Shown here: positions 54,231 through 64,000 of the stretch, in pieces
How positions within the stretch are numbered: position 1 is the stretch's first letter
Layout of the letters: each line of letters starts with the position of its first letter
Source: Eubacteriales bacterium
Lineage (GTDB): Bacteria; Bacillota; Clostridia; Oscillospirales; CAG-382
Direction: 5' to 3'
Assembly (NCBI GenBank): GCA_045537905.1
Contig: JAZSQJ010000070.1
Coordinates: 5,628-69,627 of the forward strand
Length of the DNA stretch: 64,000 nucleotides
Position numbers and translations under genes: made by a program
Notes under the pieces: generated by a model
Database searches by the model: none
Told to the model about the DNA's origin: nothing
Seen by the model: the letters and a program-made list of their open reading frames with translations, nothing else

Positions 54231-55375
54231 ATTTTCAGTATCCTGTTTGTTTTGATATATATTGCCCCTATGGGACAAAGCTCCTGACAGCAGAAGCAGT
54301 GTATACATTTGTCCCTGACTATATGGGGGCGGTTTTTTACCATCTCTATGGTATGAACGGGGCAGTACTCGGCGCATTTGCCGCAGCCCACGCATTTGCT
54401 TTTTTTAACCTTTGGCTTGGGACGGAACAGCTTTATAACCCTGCCGCCGCCCATTTTCTGTACTCTGGCAATCCAGGACACCGCCCCTGCAGAGTGGCTG
54501 TCGGGCATTTTTACGTCTGTCACACGGAAGGTATCGTACTCCTCTTTACTGAGGTTTGTTTGGCTGTAGTCTGCCTTTTCCTCACAAAGACCTCTTCCTA
54601 CTGCGTCCCTTAGCTGGGGTACCCGGGCAGAGGGCAGACCGATAAGGTCGGTACACACAAGGTCCAGAGGAAAGGCGTCCTTACAAACCCCCACGAAGCC
54701 GTACCTTTTGGGTACGCCTGCCGTAGGTCCGTTACCCTCCATACCCAGTATGCCGTCCACGATACTCAGTCCCACAGGCAAAGCAAGGTACAGATCGTTT
54801 AGCATCCCGGTAAAATGGTTTATATCCGTAAATCTGGCGTGAAGCTCAAACTTATGCATACCTGCCACGGTGCCGAAGGTGTTTTTTGCGGCGCCGGAAT
54901 AGGTGGTAAGGGCGTGGGTCTTAAGCTTGCACATATTGATAATAAAGTCCGTTTCCGTAACGGGCTTTATTACCTCAAAGCTTTTGGCAATAAGACCCTC
55001 CTTATAGCTAAGCACAGCCGTCTCCGCCTCGGTATAAAGGCTTACGGGCAGGTCGGCAAGAGCCTCGCTTATACCGCAGCCCCCAAGCTGTGCCTTGGCG
55101 GTAGCCTTGGTGTAGGGTCCGCCGTGGCTTTCCGCCACGGTAACGCTTTTGCCTGCGGCAAGCAGTGCCTTGCACACAGAGCGAAGCATTACGGGATGGG
55201 TGGTAGTGCCCGTATCCAGGGGCTTTTTTGCCACCAGATTAGGCTTTATAAGTATATTGTTCTTGCCCTCCAGCAGCTTTTCTATACCGCCCAGGTCGGC
55301 AAACAGCCTTGCTACAAGGCTGTCCATTGCCTCCTCGGTATACCGGCTTTCTTTATACAGATATACTTTTTCCAT
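54227..55375 (-). CDS. DUF362-domain protein with C-terminal 2x[4Fe-4S] ferredoxin module
   Basis: ILIKPNLV...HP (DUF362-like N-terminus); CVGCGKCAEYCP and CIHCFCCQELCP cluster motifs. Confidence 0.75.
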   Translation of the reverse strand: MEKVYLYKESRYTEEAMDSLVARLFADLGGIEKLLEGKNNILIKPNLVAKKPLDTGTTTHPVMLRSVCKALLAAGKSVTVAESHGGPYTKATAKAQLGGCGISEALADLPVSLYTEAETAVLSYKEGLIAKSFEVIKPVTETDFIINMCKLKTHALTTYSGAAKNTFGTVAGMHKFELHARFTDINHFTGMLNDLYLALPVGLSIVDGILGMEGNGPTAGVPKRYGFVGVCKDAFPLDLVCTDLIGLPSARVPQLRDAVGRGLCEEKADYSQTNLSKEEYDTFRVTDVKMPDSHSAGAVSWIARVQKMGGGRVIKLFRPKPKVKKSKCVGCGKCAEYCPVHTIEMVKNRPHIVRDKCIHCFCCQELCPIGAIYIKTNRILKI

Positions 55376-55383
55376 ATCTCTCC

Positions 55384-58300
55384 TTAAAACAGGCTTATCT
55401 GGTCAGAGTCGGGCAGACCTCCCAGAGCGCCTGCCGCCTCCAACGCCTCCATAACCTTTTTGGTAATGCCCGCCATCCGCTTAAGCTCCTCCTTAGTGGA
55501 GGCTCCGTCCTCGTGCATTGCCTTGTAAATGTTCTCCGCCGCCGTGTCGCCCAGTCCGTTAAGCGCCGCCAGAGGCATACGGATCTTGCCCTTTTCCGGC
55601 ACGAAGGCAAAGGCGGCAGACTTAAACACGTCAACGGGTAAAAACTCTACTCCCCTTGCCAGCATCTCTCTTACAAGATACAGCACGTTAAGGGTATCCT
55701 TGTCCTTGGCAGAGGGCTCCTTGATAGCCTCCAGCTCCTCCTTTGCCCTTTCTGCCGTCTCCTTGTTAAGCATAAGGGCTGCGTCAAAGCCCGTTTGCTT
55801 AACCGTAAAGTACGCCGCATAAAACTCCAGAGGGCGGTGTACCTTAAACCAACCAAGACGAAGTGCGGCTATCATATACGCCGCCGCATGTGCCTTGGGG
55901 AACATATATTTTATCTTCTTACAGCTTTCTATGTACCATTCGGGCACGTTCGCCGCCAGCATTTCCTCCTCGTACTCAGGCTTAACGCCCTTACCCTTAC
56001 GCACGTCCTCCATTATCTTAAAGGCGCTTTGATAGTTAACGCCCTTTTGGATAAGGTACAGCATAATACTGTCACGGGTACCTATTATCTCGGAGATGGT
56101 ACAGGTGCCGTTATTTATAAGGTCCTCGCCGTTGCCCAGCCATATACCCGTACCGTGGGACAGACCCGATATCTGAAGCAGGTCGGAAAAGCACTTGGGA
56201 CGTGCAACCGCCAGCATCTTACGCACGTAGGGAGTACCGCACTCAGGCATACCGAAGGTGCCCGTTTCGCTTCCGATTTGGGCAGGAGTAACGCCAAGGG
56301 GCTTTGTGGACAGAAACAGCTCCATTACCGCCCTGTCGTTCATAGGCACGTCACGGACGTCTATGCCCGTGTAGTCCGTCAGCTTTCTGTATATGGTAGG
56401 TACGTCGTGACCCAGCATATCCAGCTTAAGCAGGGTATCGTGGAGGAAGGAGAAGGCAAAGTGGGTAGTAACCACGCCGCTGGACTCCTTTTCCGCAGGG
56501 TACTGTACGGGGGTAAAATCGTATATCTCGTACTCCTTGGGGATAACCACTATACCGCCGGGGTGCTGTCCCGTGGTACGCTTAACGCCCGTACAGCCTA
56601 CGGCAAGACGCATAGTTTCCGCCTTGCTGAGGGTCTTGCCGTGCTCCTCTGCCCATTTCTTGGCGTAGCCTATGGCGGTTTTGTCTTCTATGCCCGATAC
56701 GGTGCCTGCACGGAAGATGTTTTCCGCACCGAAAAGCACCTCGGTGTACTTATGGCTTTTGCCCTGTATCTCGCCGGAAAAGTTAAGGTCTATATCAGGC
56801 GCCTTGTCGCCCTTGAAGCCAAGGAAGGTTTCAAAGGGGATATCGTGGCCGTCGTTTATCATCTTGGTACCGCAGTCGGGGCAGTCCTTGTCGGGCAGGT
56901 CAAAGCCGCTGCCCACAGAGCCGTCCAGGAAAAAGATGCTTTTTTTACACTTGGGGCAACGGTAGTGGGGCGGGAAAGGGTCAACCTCGGAGATGCCCGA
57001 AAGGGAGGCAACCACCGAGGAGCCTACGGAGCCTCGGGAGCCTACCAGGTAGCCGTTTTCCTCGCTGTTTTTAACCAGCTTAACGGCTATCATATAAAGG
57101 GAAGCGAAGCCGTGCTTGATAATGGAGCTAAGCTCCCTGTCCAGCCTGTCCTTAACCACCTCGGGCAGAGGGGAGCCGAAACGGTTTTCTGCCTCCTCGT
57201 AGCACAGCCTGTTAAGGTCGTCTACCGCACCGGGCAGCTCGGGCGTGAACTGCCCGTCGGGTATAGGCAGTATCTCCTCTATCATATCCGCAATGGCACG
57301 GGTGTTGGTAATTACCACGTCGGTGGCGGTCTGCTTGCCCAGATAGGCAAACTCCTCCAGCATCTCCTCGGTGGTACGGAGGTACAGACCCGAGTCTCTG
57401 TCTGCGCCCTTCATCTTCTTTACGCAAAGCATAACCTTGCGGTACAAATCGTCCTCGGGGTTAAGAAAATGCACGTCCCCCGTAGCAACGCAAAGCTTGT
57501 TTTGCTTTTTGGCAATGGAAACTATCTTGCGGTTAAGGTCGCAAAGAGCTGCCTCGTCCCTTACCTTGCCCTCCTCGATAAGGAAGGCGTTGTTGCAGTT
57601 TGGCATTATCTCAAAATAATCGTAAAAGTCTGCAATCTTAAGTATATCGCCGTACTTTTTATCCTCCAGCACCGCCTGATACAGCTCGCCCCTTTCGCAG
57701 GCGGTGCCTATAAGCAGACCCTCCCTGTGCTGGGCAAGGACCGTTTTAGGTATACGGGGGGTGCGGTGGAAGTAGTTCAAATAGGAATAGCTTATAAGCT
57801 TATACAGATTTTTAAGGCCCGTTTTGTTTTTAACCAGGATGGAGATATGGTAAACCTCCTTGGCTTTCTTGGGGTCAGAGGAGGCACCCATCGCCTCCAG
57901 CATCTCGCCAACGGTGTAAATGCCCTGCTTTTTCAGCTTTTCTATCATACAGCCGAGGATGGCAGACAGCATCTTCGTATCGTCGGTGGCACGGTGGTGG
58001 TCAAAGTCGCCCAGCTCAAAATACTCTGCCAGTACGTCCAGCCTGTGCCTCTTAAGCTCCGTATTAAGGTAGCGGGACAGGGACACCGTATCAAGGTAGG
58101 GGTTTTCGAAGGCAAGGCCGAACTGGGTAGCCACACGGCGTATAAAGCTTATATCAAAGGGAGCGTTGTGGGCAACCAGCATCCTGCCCGAGGCAAAGTC
58201 AAGGAACGCCTTTACAGCCTCCTCCTCCGAGGGGGCGTCCTTAACCATATCGTCGGTGATACCCGTAAGCTCCGTTATATTCTGAGGTATGGGCATAGCG

Positions 58301-59787
58301 GGGTTGACGTAGGTTTCAAACTCCTCTACTACCTTGCCCCCCTTATAAAGCACCGCGCCTATCTGGGTTATACCGCAGGTGGCGGGGCTAAGCCCCGTGG
58401 TCTCTATATCAAAAACGATAAACTCTCCCTCCGAGAGTTTAAAGTTAAAGCTGTCGTTGTAATTGAAAATAGCTCTGGCAGTATCGTCTACCAGGTAGCC
58501 CTCCATACCGTAGATAGGCTTAACGGGAGAGGGACCGCCCCTCTTTTTGCTGGTTGCCGCCATTATCATAGGGTAGGACTGAGCGTTGCCGTGGTCGGTA
58601 ACGGCAATGGCGGGCATATTCCAGCTTTCCGCCACGGAGATAAGCTCGTCGGGAGCGCAAAGGGCGTCGGAGGCGGACATAGTGGTATGCAAGTGCAGCT
58701 CTACCCTGGGGGTGGGATGGGTGTCCAGCCTGGGAACCGTTTTTATTTTGGCTATGGAGTAGAGACGCACGACGTTTTCACCCTCGTACTCGTCAAAGGC
58801 GTATTTGCCCTCCACCATAAGACAGGCGCCTGCCTTGAGGGAGCCTATACTGCCCCCTACCTCCTCGGATACTCTGCATATAACCGAGCCTTGCAGGTCA
58901 GTAAGAAACAGACGGTAGTTTATCTTGGTGCCGTCACGGTTTTCCTTTTCCTCTTTATAAAACAGCTTACCGCAAAAGACGTTCCTTGCGTCCTTTTTAA
59001 GGGCGGCAATAGGTACGGGGGCGCCCCTCATATCTCTGCCGTAAATCAGGTTGGGCTCCGCCAGGTTAAACTGCATACCGCCGCTTATTATAATGCCCTC
59101 CCCGTCTCCTTGGCGGGTTTCCTTATCCACGGTCTCCTCCATAGCGCTGACTGCCTTGGGGGTGTTTCTTGCCTCCTCCAGTCTGCGCTGCTTTTCCTGC
59201 TCTGCCGCCTCCTGCTCTGCCTTTTTTGCCTCTATTCCACGGACTATCTCCTGTAGCTGCCTTTCTATCCTGGCGGCGCTCTCCGTCTGAAAACGCTCCG
59301 ACGCCTTACCTGCAAACAGCACCTTTACCCTGTCGTTAAAGCGGGAGAGGATACAGTCCTCGAAAAACTTCTCTGCCCCTATCTTATAGAGAAAGGTGGT
59401 GCCCAGACCGTCACGCAGGGTGATGGTAAGGCGGTTTTCCTCCATGCTGAAGCGACAGCCGTCAAAAAAGCCTATGGCTATACCCTCGCTGTCGTATCTG
59501 GCAAAAACGGGTATCAGGTCGGGAGCGTGGCAAAGCTCAAAGGGGCAGTCCGCAAAGAAGGGACGTATCTTGGCGTCGTTAAGCTGATACGCCTCCTTTA
59601 TCGCCCTCTCCATATCCAAAAGGACTCCGCTTGCTATATAACAAGAAAAAGATAGAGTGGCTACAAGCTCTCGCTTTTCCGTATCGACTGCCACTCTCAT
59701 ATCTATAAGACGCTCCAGAACAGCCTGCTGCTCCTCGCTAAAGGAACAGCGGGCAAATTTATGTAAAAATGCATCTTTTTTGTTCAT
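55384..59787 (-). CDS. polC: DNA polymerase III alpha subunit, PolC type
   Basis: Start MNKKDAFLHKF (59787) after GGAGAA. PHP HLHTTMS, proofreading exonuclease FIVFDIETTGLS, zinc finger CPKC...CPDCG; ~1467 aa. Confidence 0.97.
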   Translation of the reverse strand: MNKKDAFLHKFARCSFSEEQQAVLERLIDMRVAVDTEKRELVATLSFSCYIASGVLLDMERAIKEAYQLNDAKIRPFFADCPFELCHAPDLIPVFARYDSEGIAIGFFDGCRFSMEENRLTITLRDGLGTTFLYKIGAEKFFEDCILSRFNDRVKVLFAGKASERFQTESAARIERQLQEIVRGIEAKKAEQEAAEQEKQRRLEEARNTPKAVSAMEETVDKETRQGDGEGIIISGGMQFNLAEPNLIYGRDMRGAPVPIAALKKDARNVFCGKLFYKEEKENRDGTKINYRLFLTDLQGSVICRVSEEVGGSIGSLKAGACLMVEGKYAFDEYEGENVVRLYSIAKIKTVPRLDTHPTPRVELHLHTTMSASDALCAPDELISVAESWNMPAIAVTDHGNAQSYPMIMAATSKKRGGPSPVKPIYGMEGYLVDDTARAIFNYNDSFNFKLSEGEFIVFDIETTGLSPATCGITQIGAVLYKGGKVVEEFETYVNPAMPIPQNITELTGITDDMVKDAPSEEEAVKAFLDFASGRMLVAHNAPFDISFIRRVATQFGLAFENPYLDTVSLSRYLNTELKRHRLDVLAEYFELGDFDHHRATDDTKMLSAILGCMIEKLKKQGIYTVGEMLEAMGASSDPKKAKEVYHISILVKNKTGLKNLYKLISYSYLNYFHRTPRIPKTVLAQHREGLLIGTACERGELYQAVLEDKKYGDILKIADFYDYFEIMPNCNNAFLIEEGKVRDEAALCDLNRKIVSIAKKQNKLCVATGDVHFLNPEDDLYRKVMLCVKKMKGADRDSGLYLRTTEEMLEEFAYLGKQTATDVVITNTRAIADMIEEILPIPDGQFTPELPGAVDDLNRLCYEEAENRFGSPLPEVVKDRLDRELSSIIKHGFASLYMIAVKLVKNSEENGYLVGSRGSVGSSVVASLSGISEVDPFPPHYRCPKCKKSIFFLDGSVGSGFDLPDKDCPDCGTKMINDGHDIPFETFLGFKGDKAPDIDLNFSGEIQGKSHKYTEVLFGAENIFRAGTVSGIEDKTAIGYAKKWAEEHGKTLSKAETMRLAVGCTGVKRTTGQHPGGIVVIPKEYEIYDFTPVQYPAEKESSGVVTTHFAFSFLHDTLLKLDMLGHDVPTIYRKLTDYTGIDVRDVPMNDRAVMELFLSTKPLGVTPAQIGSETGTFGMPECGTPYVRKMLAVARPKCFSDLLQISGLSHGTGIWLGNGEDLINNGTCTISEIIGTRDSIMLYLIQKGVNYQSAFKIMEDVRKGKGVKPEYEEEMLAANVPEWYIESCKKIKYMFPKAHAAAYMIAALRLGWFKVHRPLEFYAAYFTVKQTGFDAALMLNKETAERAKEELEAIKEPSAKDKDTLNVLYLVREMLARGVEFLPVDVFKSAAFAFVPEKGKIRMPLAALNGLGDTAAENIYKAMHEDGASTKEELKRMAGITKKVMEALEAAGALGGLPDSDQISLF

Positions 59788-59788
59788 C

Positions 59789-60853
59789 TTATTCTCCGTC
59801 AATCATCTTCATCAATTCATCAATCAGCTCATCTACTACCTTATCCGTATGCACACGGCGGATTACGGTGCCCTTGCGGAACAGCACCGCCTCCTCACCT
59901 GCACCTGCCGCACCGAGGTCAGCCTCTGCCGCCTCACCGGGGCCGTTTACTATACAACCCATAAGGGCAAGGTTTATCTGTTTTTCGCACTTTATGCCGT
60001 CTATTCTTCGTTTTAGCTCCTTTGCCTTGGAGATAAGGTCAAAGCGGGTACGGCCGCAGGTAGGGCAGGAGATAAGGTTGATGCCCTGTCTGAGCCCCAG
60101 GCTTTGCAAAATAGCCTTTGCGGCGGCAACCTCCGCACTCACGTCCTCGGAGAGGGAAACACGCATAGTGTCGCCTATACCGTCGGCAAGGAGAGTGCCT
60201 ATACCCACCGCACTCTTTATAAGGGCGCTGTCGCCGGTGCCCGTTTCGGTAACGCCCAGATGCAAGGGGTAGTCCGTTCTACGGGCAAGGATACGGTTTG
60301 CCTCTATCATAACGGGTACGCTGCTGCTTTTAACTGACAGCACTATGTCTGAAAAGCCGTATTCCTCCAGCATTTCCGCATTGTTAACGGCGCTTTCCGC
60401 AATAGCCTCGGCAGTGGGACCGCCGTACTTGGCAAGAAGCCCCTTTTCCAGACTGCCGCCGTTTATGCCTATGCGGATAGGGATACCCCTGTCCTTACAG
60501 GCCTTTGCCACCTTTTCTATCCTGTGGGCAGAGCCTATGTTGCCCGGATTGATACGGATTTTTGACACGCCAAGGCTTGCCGCCTCCAGCGCCAGCTTGT
60601 AGTCAAAATGTATGTCTGCCACCAGAGGCAGGTCTGTACGGGGCAAAAGATAGTCAAGGGTAGAGAGAGCATCGGCGCTGTTTACCGCCATACGCACTAT
60701 CTGACAGCCCCAGTCCTCCAAGGCCTTAAGCTGGGCAAGGCAAGCCGCCTTGTCCTCAGAAGGGGTGGATAGCATAGATTGTATAGTTACAGGCGCTCCG
60801 CCGCCTATGGCAACGCCACGGGCGTATACCTGCCTTGACCTTCTTTTTTCCAT
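59789..60853 (-). CDS. ispG: 4-hydroxy-3-methylbut-2-en-1-yl diphosphate synthase
   Basis: GGGAPVTIQSM, RINPGNIG, ISCPTCGRT, MGCIVNGPGE. The likely start is ATG 60853 (TAATG junction with rseP). Confidence 0.93.
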   Translation of the reverse strand: MEKRRSRQVYARGVAIGGGAPVTIQSMLSTPSEDKAACLAQLKALEDWGCQIVRMAVNSADALSTLDYLLPRTDLPLVADIHFDYKLALEAASLGVSKIRINPGNIGSAHRIEKVAKACKDRGIPIRIGINGGSLEKGLLAKYGGPTAEAIAESAVNNAEMLEEYGFSDIVLSVKSSSVPVMIEANRILARRTDYPLHLGVTETGTGDSALIKSAVGIGTLLADGIGDTMRVSLSEDVSAEVAAAKAILQSLGLRQGINLISCPTCGRTRFDLISKAKELKRRIDGIKCEKQINLALMGCIVNGPGEAAEADLGAAGAGEEAVLFRKGTVIRRVHTDKVVDELIDELMKMIDGE

Positions 60854-62376
60854 TAAAACAGTCCCCAAATATCCTTAAACATTACAAATATCATAAGTCC
60901 AAATACAAGGAGCATACTTACGGCCATAATCGCGCCCTCTACCTTCTGGGGCAGGGGCTTACGGCGTACCGCCTCGATAGCGTACAGCAAAAATCTGCCG
61001 CCGTCCAGCACGGGCAGGGGCAACAGGTTGCACACGCCAAGGCTGAGGGTTATCATAACGATAAGGGTAAACAGCATTTCCATACTGCCGTCGTCCCCGG
61101 AGTGTATTACCTCGCCTATCTGCTCGCCTATACCAACGGGACCCGACAGCGCCTCTATACCGTACTCACCGCGGAAGGTGTCCACCAGACTGCCTATAGT
61201 CATCTTAAGGGTGGAAAGAGGCTGGTAAAAGGCGTTGTATACCACGGTGCCGAAGGTTTTTTCCTCCTCGGCAACGGTAAAGTCCACCTGACCGTAAAGA
61301 ATGCCCTGCTCACTGCCCTTAAAGAACAGCACCTTTTCTATAATCTGCTCCTTACCGTCACGGAGTACGGTAATATCCACAGGCTCGTCACCGCCACGGA
61401 AGATGCCGTAGGCAAGGTCTGCGTTGACCTTGGTGGAGGTGCCGCCTACCGCCAGTATCTCGTCACCCTCACGGAGGGCGCCGCTTACCTTAAGGGCGGT
61501 TTTTTCCATATTGCCGTTCTTTATTATAAGAGGTGCCTGCTCCGTACCGCCGCGGCGGATGATAAGCACGTTTTCCACCTCGTCCTCGTCGGGCTTGTAG
61601 TCCTTTACCTCAGAGACGGTTTTTACAAGGGAGCCCTTGATAGCGTAGATTATATCGTTTTTCTGCAGTGCCTTTTGTCCCTTGGAGTTTATATAGTCCT
61701 CAGCCAGGCACACAAAGCCGTCCTTTTCCTCAAGAACAAGCTTAGGGAAGGTCTCCTTGGCTACCTTGTACATGGCGGGCATTGCAAACTCCGTATTATT
61801 CTTGCGGACAACAAGGTACTCCGACGCCTTGCCGTGCTTTGCAATAAAGTCTGCCACGGTGCCGTCACAGCTTGCATAAGCACCGTCGGCGGCATAGATA
61901 ATATCGCCCTTTTCAAAGCCCTCTGCGGTCTCACCCACGTAAACCATACGGTCGTCACTGATAGCGTTGCCGCTGAACTGCTTTACGGTGGTGCCAAACA
62001 CGTTGGCTTGGAAAACAACGATTATAGCCATAATAAGCAGACCCAGCACTATGTTTACCAAGGGACCTGCCAGGACGATAATCATACGCTTCCATATAGC
62101 AATAGTGTTAAGGGGCGTTTTACCCTCGTCCTCGGGGGCGGTCTCCTCCCCCGGGTTCTCACCCACCATATCAACGAAGCCCCCTATAGGCAAGGCACGG
62201 AGGGAAAACTTGTTGTACTTACCCTTTTTTTGGTAAACAACGGGTCCCATACCTATAGAGTACTCCCTTATACCCACACCAAAGCCACGGGCGGCTATAT
62301 AATGGCCCAGCTCGTGCAGTGCAATAAGGGCGCCGAAAATTAAAAGCGTAACGATAACAGTGATAATAGTGTTCAT
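60853..62376 (-). CDS. rseP: RIP site-2 zinc metalloprotease RseP/RasP
   Basis: HELGHY, NLLPLPVLDGG, PDZ-like central region; 507 aa, longer than typical. Confidence 0.9.
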   Translation of the reverse strand: MNTIITVIVTLLIFGALIALHELGHYIAARGFGVGIREYSIGMGPVVYQKKGKYNKFSLRALPIGGFVDMVGENPGEETAPEDEGKTPLNTIAIWKRMIIVLAGPLVNIVLGLLIMAIIVVFQANVFGTTVKQFSGNAISDDRMVYVGETAEGFEKGDIIYAADGAYASCDGTVADFIAKHGKASEYLVVRKNNTEFAMPAMYKVAKETFPKLVLEEKDGFVCLAEDYINSKGQKALQKNDIIYAIKGSLVKTVSEVKDYKPDEDEVENVLIIRRGGTEQAPLIIKNGNMEKTALKVSGALREGDEILAVGGTSTKVNADLAYGIFRGGDEPVDITVLRDGKEQIIEKVLFFKGSEQGILYGQVDFTVAEEEKTFGTVVYNAFYQPLSTLKMTIGSLVDTFRGEYGIEALSGPVGIGEQIGEVIHSGDDGSMEMLFTLIVMITLSLGVCNLLPLPVLDGGRFLLYAIEAVRRKPLPQKVEGAIMAVSMLLVFGLMIFVMFKDIWGLF

Positions 62377-62403
62377 TTTTTCTCCATTTTGCTAAAAATG
62401 CGT

Positions 62404-63528
62404 TTATCTGAGTGCCAACTGCAGCGCTCTTTCTCTTGCCTGCCTGTCGGCGTCCTCAATCTGTGTAAGGCTTGGGTTTTTAACGGCGCTATGCTCTGAC
62501 ACCACCCGCAGTACTATATCGGATATGCCCGTAAAGCTAAGCTTGCCCTGAAGGAACAAAGCCACAGCCGCCTCGTTTGCTCCGTTCATCACCGCAGGGG
62601 CGGTGCCGCCTCTGAGAGCGGTCTGCCTTGCCAGAGACAAAAGCGGAAAGCTTTCGTCGTCGTTAGGGTAAAAGCTAAGCCCCTTTACCGACGCAAAATC
62701 CAGCTCCTTCGTAAGAGAGGGCGCCCTGTCGGGGTAGGTCAGAGCGTACTGGATGCAAAGACGCATATCAGGTACACTGAGCTGGGCAATAACGGCGTTG
62801 TCGGGGTAGGTAACCATACTGTGTATAATGCTTTCTCTATGGATTATTACCTCAATATCCTCCGCTGATACACCGAAAAGGTGCATCGCCTCAATAAGCT
62901 CCAGCCCCTTGTTCATCATAGTGGCGCTGTCAACGGTAACCTTTGCGCCCATAGACCAGTTGGGGTGCTTGAGCGCCATAGCAGGCGTTACCGTCTCCAA
63001 AAAGTCCCTCTTTTTGCCAAAGAAGGGTCCGCCCGATGCGGTAAGTATCAGCTTTTTGGGTCTTACACCCCCTGCAAGGCACTGGAAGATGGCAGAATGC
63101 TCGCTATCCACGGGCAGTATGCCCTCCTTCGCCAGGGGCATAACTATCTCGCCCCCTGCCACCAGGGTCTCCTTATTGGCAAGGGCAAGGCGTTTGCCTG
63201 CAAGAAGGCTGTTTACGGTGGGACGGAGCCCACGGATACCCGTAAGGGCGTTAAGCACCGTGTCACAGTCCGTCTCTGCACCAAAGGTGTCAAGCAGGTC
63301 ATCCCCCGTAAGAAGCTTTACCTTGGTGTCGGCAAGGGCTGTTTTAAGCCCGGAATAATGCTTTTCGCCTATATAGGCGTATTTCGGCTTGAAACGGCGG
63401 CACTGCTCCTCAAGGAGCTTTGCGTTACTGCCTGCGGCAAGGGCGCCTACCTCTATACCAAGGTTATCGGCAACCTCCAGGGTCTGGGTGCCTATAGAGC
63501 CCGTTGAGCCAAGTATACAAAGCTTCAT
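62404..63528 (-). CDS. dxr: 1-deoxy-D-xylulose 5-phosphate reductoisomerase
   Basis: Start MKLCILGSTGSIG (63528) after AAAGGAG; LANKE, DSEHSAIFQC, HPNWSMG. Confidence 0.95.
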   Translation of the reverse strand: MKLCILGSTGSIGTQTLEVADNLGIEVGALAAGSNAKLLEEQCRRFKPKYAYIGEKHYSGLKTALADTKVKLLTGDDLLDTFGAETDCDTVLNALTGIRGLRPTVNSLLAGKRLALANKETLVAGGEIVMPLAKEGILPVDSEHSAIFQCLAGGVRPKKLILTASGGPFFGKKRDFLETVTPAMALKHPNWSMGAKVTVDSATMMNKGLELIEAMHLFGVSAEDIEVIIHRESIIHSMVTYPDNAVIAQLSVPDMRLCIQYALTYPDRAPSLTKELDFASVKGLSFYPNDDESFPLLSLARQTALRGGTAPAVMNGANEAAVALFLQGKLSFTGISDIVLRVVSEHSAVKNPSLTQIEDADRQARERALQLALR

Positions 63529-63541
63529 AAACACAGCTCCT

Positions 63542-64000
63542 TTATCTTAAGGCTTTGAAAAAGAGGGAAACGATACCCACACCCGTAAGGGCAAGGGTAA
63601 AATATCCCACCGTTGCGGCAACGGAAAGGAACATAACGCTGTCAAACCTATCCATAACACCGCCGTGACCGGGGAACAGCTTGCCGTAGTCCTTTATGCC
63701 GCAGTCACGCTTGATGGCGGAGGCAACAAGGTCGCCAAGCTGGGCAAGAAGCCCTGCAGGAACGGCAATAATAAGCTTTGCCGCCCAGTTTACCTCCACG
63801 CCCATACCGAAGTCCAGTATAGCGCAGAACGCCCCAAAGCCAACGACCGCACCAAGAACGCCGCATATAAGCCCCTCCACGGTCTTTTTTGGGGAAAGGT
63901 TTGGCGCCAGCTTGCGCTTACCGAAGAACTTACCGCCAAAGATGGCAAAGGTGTCGGTACACCAAGCCGCAACAAACAGAAGCAGGTAATCGTAAGGCTC
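63542..64000 (-). CDS. cdsA: Phosphatidate cytidylyltransferase, C-terminal part; gene continues past the right edge
   Basis: The frame is open to the window edge. Own translation ...WCTDTFAIFGGKFFGKRKLAPNLSPKKTVEGLICG...SAIKRDCGIKDYGKLFPGHGGVMDRFDS carries the CdsA signature. Confidence 0.9.
   Translation of the reverse strand, partial: EPYDYLLLFVAAWCTDTFAIFGGKFFGKRKLAPNLSPKKTVEGLICGVLGAVVGFGAFCAILDFGMGVEVNWAAKLIIAVPAGLLAQLGDLVASAIKRDCGIKDYGKLFPGHGGVMDRFDSVMFLSVAATVGYFTLALTGVGIVSLFFKALR

Noticed and set aside
55795-59256. 1153-aa plus-strand ORF antisense to polC. Similar giants lie opposite pnp (28037..29782), the major pilin (33939..35630), rseP (60835..62343), glgP (17503..18912, 18922..19974), the aminotransferase (9577..10839) and the esterase (45042..46184).
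   Set aside because: These ORFs are codon-aligned with the sense genes (e.g. 55795-55384 is a multiple of 3). Their stops would correspond to sense codons TTA, CTA and TCA. This genome visibly avoids those codons (Leu is mostly CTT/CTG, Ser mostly TCC/AGC), which leaves long stop-free shadow frames. The translations are low-complexity and lack motifs or RBS/start context, while the sense strands encode unmistakable conserved proteins.

Overview
This is a 64-kb chromosomal segment of a spore-forming Firmicute of the class Clostridia. Evidence: PolC and AddAB, an alpha/beta-type SASP, SpoIIR, a GerMN lipoprotein and a glgBCDAP-type glycogen operon. A dockerin-bearing secreted protein hints at a Ruminococcaceae/Oscillospiraceae-like organism. 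All family assignments rest on motifs read by eye; no searches were possible. Most of the window is conserved housekeeping, largely on the minus strand: cca; a dTDP-sugar operon (rfbA, rfbB, aminotransferase, ATP-grasp); nahK; GH13, glgP, glgA, glgD, glgC, glgB; rpsO-pnp (plus strand); addBA; spoIIR; ispE; polC; ispG; rseP; dxr; cdsA. Seven things stand out. (1) A ~10-kb sortase-dependent pilus operon (31.6-41.9 kb) has its own signal peptidase and a 1787-aa tip protein with an apparently dead CHAP-like domain plus a fibro-slime/PA14-like domain. It also has three different sorting signals, a sortase-fold protein lacking the catalytic triad, and a three-segment alternative-hairpin element between pilin and sortase. 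(2) The glgB homologue has non-conservative substitutions at three invariant GH13 active-site positions, including the nucleophile Asp, yet is full length. (3) A ~222-bp ORF-less structured repeat occurs twice in opposite orientations, each copy inside a terminator hairpin that is duplicated on both sides. A third, related composite repeat lies at 1.6 kb. (4) A promoter, a 21-codon Tyr/Cys-rich sORF and a terminator precede an adenylate-forming ligase gene (candidate attenuator). (5) The sugar aminotransferase gene is interrupted by a single in-frame TAA. (6) An IS481-family element with a 6-bp TSD sits in a 32-bp hairpin motif whose intact paralogue is at 1.5 kb. (7) The many very long antisense ORFs in the track are codon-bias shadows, not genes.
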